A stretch of 64,000 nt of DNA from Escherichia phage LH01, in the sequence record PP434429. One strand, given 5' to 3'. Below are positions 45,051-54,204 of the stretch, in pieces. The translations under genes and the position numbers were made by a program. Numbering within the stretch: position 1 is the first letter of the stretch; the number at the start of each line of letters is the position of its first letter. The notes beneath the pieces were generated by a model. It ran no database searches, had not been told where the DNA came from, and worked only from the letters and a program-made list of their open reading frames with translations.

Positions 45051-45521
45051 TTAATCATGTTTCCACACCCCATCGGTATTTGACCAAAGTCGCTGATTAT
45101 CTGATCCTCGCCACAACTTTTTGGTCGGAAGATTTTTCTCATACTTCCCATCAATAATAACATCAACATATTTAAGCATTTCTAGCTGTTTAATATCTTC
45201 AAACTTATATCCTGTCCACAACCAAATGCTTTTATTGGGATAAAGATTTTTAATAGTTTGAACTACAGAGCGAATAACATCTCGGTTATCAGGATAGAGA
45301 GGGTCTCCTCCGGTTATAGTTAATCCTTCTATATAATCATTATTCAAGCATTCAATTAATTGTTCTAGTGTCTCTCCAGTGAATGGAATACCATTTCTAG
45401 CGTTCCATGTTGATTTATTATAACACCCTTCACATTTATGCAAACAACCTGTAACGAAAAGAACGACCCTGCAACCAGGGCCATTCACAAAATCGCAAGG
45501 ATAAAATCTATCATAATTCAT
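45051..45521 (-). CDS. nrdG: anaerobic ribonucleotide reductase activating protein (radical SAM)
   Basis: 156-aa ORF; CDFVNGPGCR and CxxxCxxC (CLHKCEGC); ATG overlaps the nrdD stop (ATGA). Confidence 0.85.
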   Translation of the reverse strand: MNYDRFYPCDFVNGPGCRVVLFVTGCLHKCEGCYNKSTWNARNGIPFTGETLEQLIECLNNDYIEGLTITGGDPLYPDNRDVIRSVVQTIKNLYPNKSIWLWTGYKFEDIKQLEMLKYVDVIIDGKYEKNLPTKKLWRGSDNQRLWSNTDGVWKHD

Positions 45522-47335
45522 TGGTGTTTAACTCTATGCATGATTTCTTTATTTTTACCGAGATTAAATCCGCGTTCGTTCGGATTTCCCAAATAACCGC
45601 ATGTTCTTCTTATGGTGTTCATCTTTTTAGGATCAGTTTCTCCGCAAACTGAACAAACAAATCCGTTTTCAGTAGGAGTCATTTCATGAGTACTTCCACA
45701 TGTAAAACATTTATCTACTGGCATATTAACACCAAAATAATCTAAATGTTGTGCAGCATAATCCCAGACAGCCTCAAGTCCCTTTAAATTGTTTTTCATA
45801 TCTGGAAGTTCAACATAAGAAATGTGACCACCTGTCGCAATGAAATGATATGGCGCTTCACGAGAAATCTTTTCAAACGGAGTAATATTTTCTTCTACTG
45901 AAACGTGGAAACTATTAGTGTACCAGCCTTTATCGGTAACATCTTTTACGCTTCCATATTTTTCTGTATCAAGTTTACAGAAACGATAACACAAGTTTTC
46001 AGCAGGAGTAGAATATAAACTAAAAGCAAATCCAGTTCTTTCGGTCCACTGTTTAAGATGAGCATTCATTTTAGTTAAAATTTCTTGCCCAATATCACGA
46101 CCGACAAGAATATTCAATTCGTGAATACCAATGTATCCCAAAGACACTGAACTTCTACCGTTTTTAAATAACTCAATTATGTCGTCATCAGGTTTAAGAC
46201 GGGCCCCGAATGCACCTTCTTGGTAAAGAATAGGAGCAACAGTCGCTTTAACTCCTTTTAAGGAACTAATTCTACACATCAAAGCTTCAAAACACAGGTC
46301 CATTCGTTCGTTAAATAGCTCAACAAATTTCTGTTCATTGAACTGTGTTCCAATATAAGAATCTAACGCAATACGAGGAAGATTCAGTGTTACAACACCA
46401 AGATTATTACGTCCATCAAGAATTTCATTACCAGTCGAATCTTTCCATACGCTCAAGAAACTACGGCAACCCATCGGAGAAACAGGAACTGAAGAACCGG
46501 TAATAGCTTTATTATTCTTAACCGAAATAATGTCAGGATACATTCTTTTGCTTGCACATTCTAACGCAAGTTGTTTAATATCATAGTTTGGATCATCTTT
46601 ATAAAGATTAACACCTTCTTCAACAAACATAACAAGTTTAGGAAAAATAGGAGTTATCCCATCACGTCCAAGACCTTTAATACGATTTTTCAGAATTGCT
46701 TTCTGAATCATTCGTTCAGTCCAGTCAGTTCCCGTACCAAATGTAATTGTTACAAAAGGCGTTTGCCCGTTTGAACTAAAGAGAGTATTTACTTCATATT
46801 CGTAAGCTTGGAATGCGTCATAGACATCTTTTTCTGTTTTAGATTGAGCATAATTCAACGCATCAGTGATTTGCCATTTTTCTGCATCCTCAATATGTTT
46901 TGCATAGGTGCGTTTAACATAAGGAGAAAGTACTTTATCTACATTAGCAAAAGTCGTTCCGCCGTATTGATGGGAAGCAACTTGTGCAGTAATTTGTGCC
47001 ATAATTGCAGTAGCAACACCAATCGATTTAGGCGTTTCAATTTGAGCATTGCCTAATTTAAATCCGTTCTCAAGCATCCCCTTTAAATCGACTAAACAGC
47101 AATTAGTAAATGGAAGAGCAGGGGAATAATCAATATCGTGGAAATGGATAATTCCGCTTTCATGTGCTTTCATAATAAAAGACGGGACCATATTTTTGGC
47201 AATGTGTTTAGACACAATACCGGCCATAAGGTCCCGTTGAGTTGGAAAAACACGAGAATCTTTATTAGCATTCTCGTTTAAAAGGTCTTTATTAGTTTTA
47301 TGAATCAATCCTTCAATTTCTTTTTCAATTGTCAT
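45518..47335 (-). CDS. nrdD: anaerobic ribonucleoside-triphosphate reductase (class III), uninterrupted
   Basis: 605-aa ORF; C-terminal zinc ribbon CFTCGS...CSVCGE and glycyl-radical segment RRTCGYLG. Confidence 0.9.
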   Translation of the reverse strand: MTIEKEIEGLIHKTNKDLLNENANKDSRVFPTQRDLMAGIVSKHIAKNMVPSFIMKAHESGIIHFHDIDYSPALPFTNCCLVDLKGMLENGFKLGNAQIETPKSIGVATAIMAQITAQVASHQYGGTTFANVDKVLSPYVKRTYAKHIEDAEKWQITDALNYAQSKTEKDVYDAFQAYEYEVNTLFSSNGQTPFVTITFGTGTDWTERMIQKAILKNRIKGLGRDGITPIFPKLVMFVEEGVNLYKDDPNYDIKQLALECASKRMYPDIISVKNNKAITGSSVPVSPMGCRSFLSVWKDSTGNEILDGRNNLGVVTLNLPRIALDSYIGTQFNEQKFVELFNERMDLCFEALMCRISSLKGVKATVAPILYQEGAFGARLKPDDDIIELFKNGRSSVSLGYIGIHELNILVGRDIGQEILTKMNAHLKQWTERTGFAFSLYSTPAENLCYRFCKLDTEKYGSVKDVTDKGWYTNSFHVSVEENITPFEKISREAPYHFIATGGHISYVELPDMKNNLKGLEAVWDYAAQHLDYFGVNMPVDKCFTCGSTHEMTPTENGFVCSVCGETDPKKMNTIRRTCGYLGNPNERGFNLGKNKEIMHRVKHQ

Positions 47336-47805
47336 TTTAAACTCTTTTTAAGCTGCTTTTTGAATGAAGCTATTAATTGTGTTTTAGTATCAGATTTATT
47401 ATATTCAAATCCTCTTTGAAGCATCTCAGCCATCATTTCCTCTTTACCTAGTCTTGAGAACTCTTTAGTTTTGTCTGGAACAAAATTAGGATGGATATTA
47501 TTATCAGAATAATCTTGTTTCAAATAAGCAAGAAGAGCTTCAAGCCATTCGAGGTAATCAACGTTTTGACCTTTAAGACCAGAACGGTTGAACTTATGCT
47601 TCATTTGACCTTCTGCTGCATTGCACAGATTACAGAGTAATCCACGAACTCTACCGGCTTTTGGCCCGTTTAATTCATGGTCGTGGTCAAGATGGTTACC
47701 TTGAACATCAGGGTCTAATTCACGGTGGCAAATAGGACACTTACCGTTCTGTGCATCATAAAATTTTTGTTTTTCTTCTTTGTATTTTGCGCCTGATAAT
47801 AACAT
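47332..47805 (-). CDS. 49: endonuclease VII (Holliday junction resolvase)
   Basis: 157-aa ORF; zinc/His-Me finger region CPICHREL...HLDHDH...CNLCN; late promoter upstream. Confidence 0.85.
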   Translation of the reverse strand: MLLSGAKYKEEKQKFYDAQNGKCPICHRELDPDVQGNHLDHDHELNGPKAGRVRGLLCNLCNAAEGQMKHKFNRSGLKGQNVDYLEWLEALLAYLKQDYSDNNIHPNFVPDKTKEFSRLGKEEMMAEMLQRGFEYNKSDTKTQLIASFKKQLKKSLK

Positions 47806-47834
47806 GATAAACCCTTACCTTAAATAGATAAGGG

Positions 47835-47842
47835 TATTTATA
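47835..47842 (-). promoter_or_regulatory. late promoter TATAAATA upstream of gene 49
   Basis: exact TATAAATA about 30 nt upstream of ATG 47805. Confidence 0.5.
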
Positions 47843-47844
47843 AT

Positions 47845-48024
47845 TTAGTAAACGTTATAAAAGTCTCGATGGAAACGCTTATACTGACGAATCATTCTTT
47901 TAGTAGGACGAGTTTCTGAAATAATTGAAGTCCTCATATTTGGATTGTTTGGGGCCCCAATCATAATAAATTTCCAAGATTTTTGACCGTTTGTTCTTTC
48001 GCCAAAAAATAATGCAGTTTTCAT
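47845..48024 (-). CDS. small basic protein, RPTKR paralog family (copy 1)
   Basis: 59-aa ORF below the track threshold; ...TRPTKRMIRQYKRFHRDFYNVY C-terminus resembles 48449..48619. Confidence 0.35.
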   Translation of the reverse strand: MKTALFFGERTNGQKSWKFIMIGAPNNPNMRTSIISETRPTKRMIRQYKRFHRDFYNVY

Positions 48025-48033
48025 AATAAGCCC

Positions 48034-48447
48034 TTAACTTAAACGTCTTTCTAAATATTCAATGTATTCCGCTGCGGCTTGCATCAGATTACCTTCATAA
48101 CCGTCATTATTTTCTTGACCGGCTAATTTAGCTAAAGCATAAGAAATACGTTCACCTTCGAATTCGCCAAGTCCACCATCACAAACTACCTGGTCAATTT
48201 CTTCGAGTTCATCTATTGAATGGGATTCCCAGAAGCACCAAAGAGAAGTATCACGGTCATAGATGCAAAGTTTCTCACCTGTGTTCAACATCACTTCGAT
48301 AATGCCATGGTCGCCATAACCATCTTCGGTAGTAGTACCAATTACCTTGATGATTGTTCCTTTCTTTAATTCAGGAAACTTGACTTGTAGTTCTTCATCT
48401 TCTTTAACAATCTTGAACCATTTACCGCGAGTTTCAGAAATATTCAT
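48034..48447 (-). CDS. hypothetical acidic protein
   Basis: start at internal ATG (MNISETRG); the upstream part of the track ORF is a hydrophobic read-through of the intergenic region. Confidence 0.45.
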   Translation of the reverse strand: MNISETRGKWFKIVKEDEELQVKFPELKKGTIIKVIGTTTEDGYGDHGIIEVMLNTGEKLCIYDRDTSLWCFWESHSIDELEEIDQVVCDGGLGEFEGERISYALAKLAGQENNDGYEGNLMQAAAEYIEYLERRLS

Positions 48448-48448
48448 A

Positions 48449-48619
48449 TCAATATTCTCTATAAAAGTTACGATGAGAACGTTTAGCTTTGCGAAGCTGA
48501 CGTTTAGTAGGACGAACTGTAAATGGTTGTCCAGAGAAAAAATTAGGATCGGTTTTAATAAGCAAATACCAATCATGCTTGTCATTTTTTAATAAACGGT
48601 ACAATAATTTAACTTGCAT
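48449..48619 (-). CDS. small basic protein, RPTKR paralog family (copy 2)
   Basis: start at internal ATG (MQVKLLY) with GGAAGAG RBS; ...TVRPTKRQLRKAKRSHRNFYREY C-terminus. Confidence 0.35.
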   Translation of the reverse strand: MQVKLLYRLLKNDKHDWYLLIKTDPNFFSGQPFTVRPTKRQLRKAKRSHRNFYREY

Positions 48620-48920
48620 AATAATCTCTTCCCATTTCCATATCAATTAATTCATTTATTGAAGGTTCATCATAACACGTTTCTTCGTCGTTGTAAACTG
48701 TTTCAACGTCTGGCTCGACAGTCTCCCATCGAGCGACATACCATGGCTTAACCGCGGAGCTTATTGAGCTCTTCATAATCAACCCAGGATTCTAGCCCAG
48801 ATGGCAAATCAGATTCAATTTCCCAAAGAAGCTCTTCAATTTTCTGAAGACGATCTAATTCTTCAACAGGAATAGTAACCATTGATGGAGCTCTTGCTGC
48901 ACTAATATCGTAAATCATAT

Positions 48921-49136
48921 TTACCCCAGTTTAACCATGCAATCGCCGTATTTCCATTTAGAAATAGACTTTTCGCCATTAGAATAATAAACTTCGAGTT
49001 TAGCACGATTATTTTTAATTTGAATAACCTTGGATGTCATCAAAGTTCCATACCCATAGTAAACTGCAACTTCATCACCTACATATACCGCGTTTCCACG
49101 GTAGTCGTGGATATAATCAGTTCCTTCAAGCATCAT
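48921..49136 (-). CDS. hypothetical small protein
   Basis: 71-aa ORF from the track. Confidence 0.4.
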   Translation of the reverse strand: MMLEGTDYIHDYRGNAVYVGDEVAVYYGYGTLMTSKVIQIKNNRAKLEVYYSNGEKSISKWKYGDCMVKLG

Positions 49137-49396
49137 TTAAAATATTCTCGCAGTTGATCAAATCCACCAATGTGACTTCCGTCAGGAGCAAACACTTGAG
49201 GCATAGTCAATCCAACTTGTGATTCGCGTCCAAGCTTAACAAGAAGCTCAGTAATTTTCTCATCGTCGAACACACCTTTTTCTGGCATAACATTAATGAA
49301 TTCGAATGGCTGTTTCTTAACAGTCAGCAATCGTTTCGCATTATCACAATAAATGCATTTATGAATAGTAGAGTCATACCCGTACACTTTAAACAT
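49133..49396 (-). CDS. nrdC: thioredoxin/glutaredoxin-like protein
   Basis: start at ATG for MFKVYGYDSTIHKCIYCDNAKRL (CxxC active site); about 87 aa. Confidence 0.75.
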   Translation of the reverse strand: MFKVYGYDSTIHKCIYCDNAKRLLTVKKQPFEFINVMPEKGVFDDEKITELLVKLGRESQVGLTMPQVFAPDGSHIGGFDQLREYFK

Positions 49397-49802
49397 TATT
49401 TTTCCTTTCATCGATTAAATATGCAACGCCAAATACAATACATGTAATAAAACCTGTGATACAGATAGAAACCAACAACACTGTACCAAAGAACCAAATC
49501 AGGTTATCTTTAGTAGTTTGTTTTATATCCATCTCACGAATTTCTATAGCTATAGTATCACCTTTATTCAGAAGCGTATAAAACGACGGTGATACATGCC
49601 TGTCAAAAACTCGTCCTTGCTCATCTTTATAGATGGCAATAAATTCTAATTTAGAATATTTTCCTGTAGATTGACCTGAGATTAATTCCACTACCTCCAC
49701 AGGAATTACTTTAGTTTCCATGTAAGTATTTTGACTGTTCCAAATGAATGGAATAATAGCAAAAACTAAAGCTGCGATAAAACAACGAAGGCTATATCTC
49801 AT
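49389..49802 (-). CDS. membrane protein
   Basis: 137-aa ORF with N- and C-terminal hydrophobic helices. Confidence 0.45.
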   Translation of the reverse strand: MRYSLRCFIAALVFAIIPFIWNSQNTYMETKVIPVEVVELISGQSTGKYSKLEFIAIYKDEQGRVFDRHVSPSFYTLLNKGDTIAIEIREMDIKQTTKDNLIWFFGTVLLVSICITGFITCIVFGVAYLIDERKNNV

Positions 49803-50107
49803 TATAATGTTCTCTCAAATTTGTGGAAGCATTTACGGCATTTCAATTTCAAGTTATCACTGGTCCAGTTAACCAGTTGGACTTGGATAGTTCCACATTC
49901 CGGACATGGATGTTTTGCTGCCGATTTGGCAGCATTTTCACGTCGTTCAACCATTTTCATTATTTCGTTCCATGCTGGAGGAACGAACTCTTCTTCACCA
50001 TGAATTTTATCTCGCTGAACAAATTCAATCTTTGAACTATCATCAATAAACTTAACCAAGCCATGATTAGTGCTCATATCAATATCCTCTAGAAGACGTA
50101 GGTTCAT
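49802..50107 (-). CDS. zinc-ribbon protein
   Basis: 101-aa ORF; CPECG...CRKC pairs near the C-terminus. Confidence 0.45.
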   Translation of the reverse strand: MNLRLLEDIDMSTNHGLVKFIDDSSKIEFVQRDKIHGEEEFVPPAWNEIMKMVERRENAAKSAAKHPCPECGTIQVQLVNWTSDNLKLKCRKCFHKFERTL

Positions 50108-51057
50108 TATAACACCTCAATGGCATTTCGTAAACCGTCCGCTTTCGCATTCAGAGCTTTTAACGATTTAGTTTGTTCTGCAATCTGGGCTTCGACTTCT
50201 TTCAGACGAGATTTGAGGTACTCACGTTCTTCAGCCATGATATCAACCTTTTCTGCTTTAGGTTCTTTAATAAGCTTAGGTTTATACGTATTAGGGTTCT
50301 TCAGCTTAATTCGGGTACGAGAACTGTATAACATTGAACCGTTATCTTCGGATTCGTCGAACGTTTCAACAACATCCATAGTCTCTAACAATGTAATAAG
50401 TTTATAAGACAATGAACGAACGGTTTTGTTGTGCTTATTAATTTCTTCGGCTTTCATAGTACCGAGATTACGTGAGTAGTAATAAGGAACCTGGATATCA
50501 ATTGATAATGATGCGTTACCATTACCTGTTGGTTTGAATACTGCAGTAACCCAATCTTTAACATGAACTTTATTTGTACGACCATCACCGCCAGTGAATA
50601 ATTTACGAGAATGTTTAAAAAGCATATTCACTTGGTTATTGAATTCACAAGCAAATTTATCAGCAAATTTAGTTTCAGGAATGGTAGATAACCAATCAGC
50701 CAAATGAGCCTTTTTAACATCATTAACAATAGTGAATTCAACCAAATCGGTTTTAGATGTCACAGATTTAATAAAGCTCGGCTTCATAAAGTTTTTAATA
50801 TTATCGCGAGCTACAGTAGAAGATAATAAACGAGAACGTTTGAACCATTGAAGCAGTGTCCCTAATGAATGAGAATACGCATTCTGAGTATCTTTACAGA
50901 TATGATTTTCTTGGCCTGTGTATGTACCAAAATCGCGAAGAATACCACTTACTACATCTCGGTGTGGAACATCAAATCCTAGTGCACCAGAAGCACGTTG
51001 GGCATGAACGTTAGCGATAAGACCTGCAAAGTATTCAATGTAATGTGAACGTGTCAT
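50107..51057 (-). CDS. hypothetical protein with C-terminal coiled coil
   Basis: 316-aa ORF; heptad-rich C-terminus; preceded by promoter/stem-loop cassette copy 3. Confidence 0.55.
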   Translation of the reverse strand: MTRSHYIEYFAGLIANVHAQRASGALGFDVPHRDVVSGILRDFGTYTGQENHICKDTQNAYSHSLGTLLQWFKRSRLLSSTVARDNIKNFMKPSFIKSVTSKTDLVEFTIVNDVKKAHLADWLSTIPETKFADKFACEFNNQVNMLFKHSRKLFTGGDGRTNKVHVKDWVTAVFKPTGNGNASLSIDIQVPYYYSRNLGTMKAEEINKHNKTVRSLSYKLITLLETMDVVETFDESEDNGSMLYSSRTRIKLKNPNTYKPKLIKEPKAEKVDIMAEEREYLKSRLKEVEAQIAEQTKSLKALNAKADGLRNAIEVL

Positions 51058-51085
51058 AATATTTTCCTCTCGTTAAGATAGATTC

Positions 51086-51115
51086 ATTATACTCCAACCA
51101 TCCTTGGTTGTAAAC
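51086..51115 (-). promoter_or_regulatory. promoter/stem-loop cassette, copy 3
   Basis: identical 25-nt core tatactccaaccatccttggttgta; -35 TTTACA, -10 TATAAT. Confidence 0.5.
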
Positions 51116-51119
51116 TATT

Positions 51120-52079
51120 TTATGATTTTAATGCATTCATTGCGTTAAAAAGTTTAGAATACTGCAACTGGAGATTCGTTACAACACTTTGAGCATCACG
51201 AAGCTTAGCTTGTGCTTTGTCAAGTTCAACAGACAGTTGGTCCATAGTGGCCTTGATTTGATTGTAATGGTAATCTTCGGCAGGAAGAAGGTCATTAGAA
51301 ACATTTAGTTTTACTGCCGACAGTTTGCACACATTTGGCAAACCTTTAAACATTGATTTACCCGAAGTAGAATATGCACCTAGAACTTCAGCATTGCCAA
51401 TTGGGGTTGCAGTAATTGACGCTTCGAACGTTGCATTTTCCTTTTTAAGATTTTGATAGTATTCAGAGTCTTTGTGCCACCATGGCGCAGGAACCTTTTT
51501 ACCAATAGATACACGAGCCTGGATAGCGATATGGCCCTTATTCTTGATAGGGTCGATAATATTAAGCTCACGAGAATAAATTGCTTTAATCTGGTGGATA
51601 TTATCACCTAAAACTTCCAACGCTTGGTGGAATACACGAGCAACGTTATCATTCTTAGGTTTATACGTAAGAGTGAACTCGTTCTCACTGATAACCATGA
51701 TTTCTAACTTATCGTAAGTATATTTCAAATGTTTCATGTTAATTGCTTGAGGACGAATACGAGAAGCAATGGCCATCAGATTGTTAAGGTTATTCCGGAA
51801 CTGCTTAGCGAAATATTGACCTTCACCGCCAATACAAAAATTACGAAGTTTCTGTTTGGCCAATAAACGGCTGAACTCACCATTTTTAATGAACTCTTTA
51901 ACGGGTGTGTTAGTAACGCATTCAAATTGGGTAAACATACGAGAAGTAATCCCATAATACGAACAGACTTCCTCAATCTCTTCAGGAGTCTTTACAGGCA
52001 TACGGATAGGATTAGGTCCTGGAGTATATGCGTTCGAGGTAAATTCTTTGATAAGTTCTCTACGTGTAATAAAAGCCAT
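51120..52079 (-). CDS. hypothetical protein with C-terminal coiled coil
   Basis: 319-aa ORF; preceded by cassette copy 4. Confidence 0.55.
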   Translation of the reverse strand: MAFITRRELIKEFTSNAYTPGPNPIRMPVKTPEEIEEVCSYYGITSRMFTQFECVTNTPVKEFIKNGEFSRLLAKQKLRNFCIGGEGQYFAKQFRNNLNNLMAIASRIRPQAINMKHLKYTYDKLEIMVISENEFTLTYKPKNDNVARVFHQALEVLGDNIHQIKAIYSRELNIIDPIKNKGHIAIQARVSIGKKVPAPWWHKDSEYYQNLKKENATFEASITATPIGNAEVLGAYSTSGKSMFKGLPNVCKLSAVKLNVSNDLLPAEDYHYNQIKATMDQLSVELDKAQAKLRDAQSVVTNLQLQYSKLFNAMNALKS

Positions 52080-52105
52080 TTTATATTCCTCATGTTGAAA
52101 AATTT

Positions 52106-52134
52106 ATTATACTCCAACCATCCTTGGTTGTACA
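52106..52134 (-). promoter_or_regulatory. promoter/stem-loop cassette, copy 4
   Basis: identical 25-nt core; -35 TGTACA, -10 TATAAT. Confidence 0.5.
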
Positions 52135-53130
52135 TCATTCCTTAAGAAGTTTTACTACTTGAATAAGATTAGCTCGTTCTGTTTTATTTTTACCGTTTAA
52201 GCCTGCTAATCGTGAGATTTCATCGTCAGTCTGTTGAATAGTTACATTAAGTTCGTTAATCAAAGCTTCAAAGTATTTAATTTGCTCAGCATGTTTTGAT
52301 TCAAATTTCTGAACCGGAATAACGTCTTGGTTCAGTTCATCAATAAGGTCTTTAAGAGCATCTTCTTGGTTGATATCATATTCAACTTCTTTTATTTCTT
52401 CAACGAGCTCGTCTTTATATCTAACGTCTTTTAGTCCTGGTGCTGGTCCTGAAATCTCTTCTTTAAGAGTACAAACATACCCAATACGGTATCCAATGCC
52501 GTCTCGCTTGATATCAACTTCGTCGATAAATCCGCAATGTTTAAGACCAGAGCCAATTAGGTCAAAATATCCTTGACGTCGTCCTTCAAACGTTACACGA
52601 ACTACTAAGAAAGTTTTGCCTGCAACCTTTTGAAGCTCACATTTATAAAAGTCTGTTGAACCTGAATAACGTGGATGAGTTTTAAAGTTCATCTGACGAT
52701 CTAGGCCCATTTGTAAACGTGCTGTTACGGCCATAAAACGTGTTTGGTTCTCGTTAAGATGAGCAACAATCCATTTCAAAGGCATTTTACACTGTTCACG
52801 ACCGAACAAATCAGTACGTCCTAGATTACGCAGGATGTTGTTAGAGTTAATCATCGACAGAACGTTAAGTTTATTCAGCGCGCTGAAGATTCCGTCAGCC
52901 ATTGATTTTCCATAACCTTTACACGCTTTAATAAGTGCTCGCGGCAGATTAGTATAGATTTCAGACGGCATATGAAAATCAAATTTACTAGTCAGTAATT
53001 GATGAACTTGGATAGCAATTTGCTCATAATTAAGTGCTCTGCGATCGTTATGGTCTTTAAACCACACTTTAATCTGTGAAGCACATAAACCGTTAATTTC
53101 ATGTTTTACCGCATCAGATGTAATGCTCAT
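52135..53130 (-). CDS. hypothetical protein with C-terminal coiled coil
   Basis: 331-aa ORF from the track. Confidence 0.55.
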   Translation of the reverse strand: MSITSDAVKHEINGLCASQIKVWFKDHNDRRALNYEQIAIQVHQLLTSKFDFHMPSEIYTNLPRALIKACKGYGKSMADGIFSALNKLNVLSMINSNNILRNLGRTDLFGREQCKMPLKWIVAHLNENQTRFMAVTARLQMGLDRQMNFKTHPRYSGSTDFYKCELQKVAGKTFLVVRVTFEGRRQGYFDLIGSGLKHCGFIDEVDIKRDGIGYRIGYVCTLKEEISGPAPGLKDVRYKDELVEEIKEVEYDINQEDALKDLIDELNQDVIPVQKFESKHAEQIKYFEALINELNVTIQQTDDEISRLAGLNGKNKTERANLIQVVKLLKE

Positions 53131-53192
53131 AACTATTTCCTCAGATTGAATTGGAACTCAAAACCATTATAACCCGTCCTTGGGTAAAGCGT

Positions 53193-53720
53193 TTATGCGT
53201 GAACCGTCTTTAAACGTTCTTCAAATTTCCGAAGAGTACTAATACGTTCTGCTTTCTGTTTTGTATAGTTTGCAATACGTTCTGAAGTGAGAGCGTATCG
53301 TTCGTTTACTGTTTCTTTCATGAAGTCAGGGATTTCACGAGAAGCTTTAATTTCATCAAACTTATCGAGTACTGCCTGGTCTTCAGCGATTAAATTTTCG
53401 TACATCTCGATATCTTTCTTAATGAAGTCGATATCTTCCTGGGTTACTTTGGATAAACGAGATGCTTTATCCTTTTTGTACTGCTCGTTAGTTTCACGAG
53501 ACCAGAATAATGTACGTTTTTTGTTAGTGTTTTTGTAGACTTCCACAATTCCAACTGAATCGATGATAACAATCCAATTCCAGCGAGATTTGAAAATCTG
53601 ACCTCCATCTACGGTAATCTCGTTACCATAAGCAACGTCATTAAAGAACTTGCTCTGTGCTTCAGATTTAAATTTACCGTCGTTATAATTTACCAGGTTG
53701 AAAATATCTTTAGCGTTCAT
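53193..53720 (-). CDS. hypothetical protein
   Basis: 175-aa ORF with ATG start; helical Lys/Glu-rich C-terminus. Confidence 0.5.
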   Translation of the reverse strand: MNAKDIFNLVNYNDGKFKSEAQSKFFNDVAYGNEITVDGGQIFKSRWNWIVIIDSVGIVEVYKNTNKKRTLFWSRETNEQYKKDKASRLSKVTQEDIDFIKKDIEMYENLIAEDQAVLDKFDEIKASREIPDFMKETVNERYALTSERIANYTKQKAERISTLRKFEERLKTVHA

Positions 53721-53747
53721 GTTTTACCTCCAGTAGTTGATAGGTCT

Positions 53748-53776
53748 ATAATAACATAACCATAGACCTTGTAAAC
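53748..53776 (-). promoter_or_regulatory. early-type promoter (-35 GTTTAC, -10 TATTAT)
   Basis: motif about 28 nt upstream of ATG 53720. Confidence 0.45.
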
Positions 53777-53778
53777 AA

Positions 53779-54066
53779 CTAAAAGAAACTTTTTTCGGTA
53801 TTTTTTCCACTGAACCAAACAGACTTCGGGATTTTTTGTAATTTTTCAGATTTAAGTTTCTCTTCCTGTTCTTTCTTATATACACTCTTGTCGTACTGGA
53901 GCATCTCTATGGCATTCTTTTGCAAATGATCTAAGGTAATTAAGGCTTTAGTTTTTCCTTTCAAGGAAGAGTCCTGGCGAACTTCCTCGCTATATTGCAT
54001 CGTAGAACTAACCATACGATGTGCATAGAGTTCGACTGCGGCTTTAATTTTTTGCATAAAATCCAT
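53779..54066 (-). CDS. hypothetical small protein
   Basis: 95-aa ORF from the track. Confidence 0.4.
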   Translation of the reverse strand: MDFMQKIKAAVELYAHRMVSSTMQYSEEVRQDSSLKGKTKALITLDHLQKNAIEMLQYDKSVYKKEQEEKLKSEKLQKIPKSVWFSGKNTEKSFF

Positions 54067-54204
54067 AACATATCCTCTTTGATTTGTACATCATTATTTT
54101 TAAATATTTCTATGCCCTCAGTAGGTTCCTGGTGTCCTTCTTTGAGGTAAGCCATATGATTATTCATCTTTATGGCTTTTGTTACCTCAGAACTTCCTAT
54201 AAGC

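Noticed and set aside
44936-45169. 77-aa ORF overlapping the 3' end of nrdG
   Set aside because: Alternate-frame overlap with a conserved radical-SAM gene.
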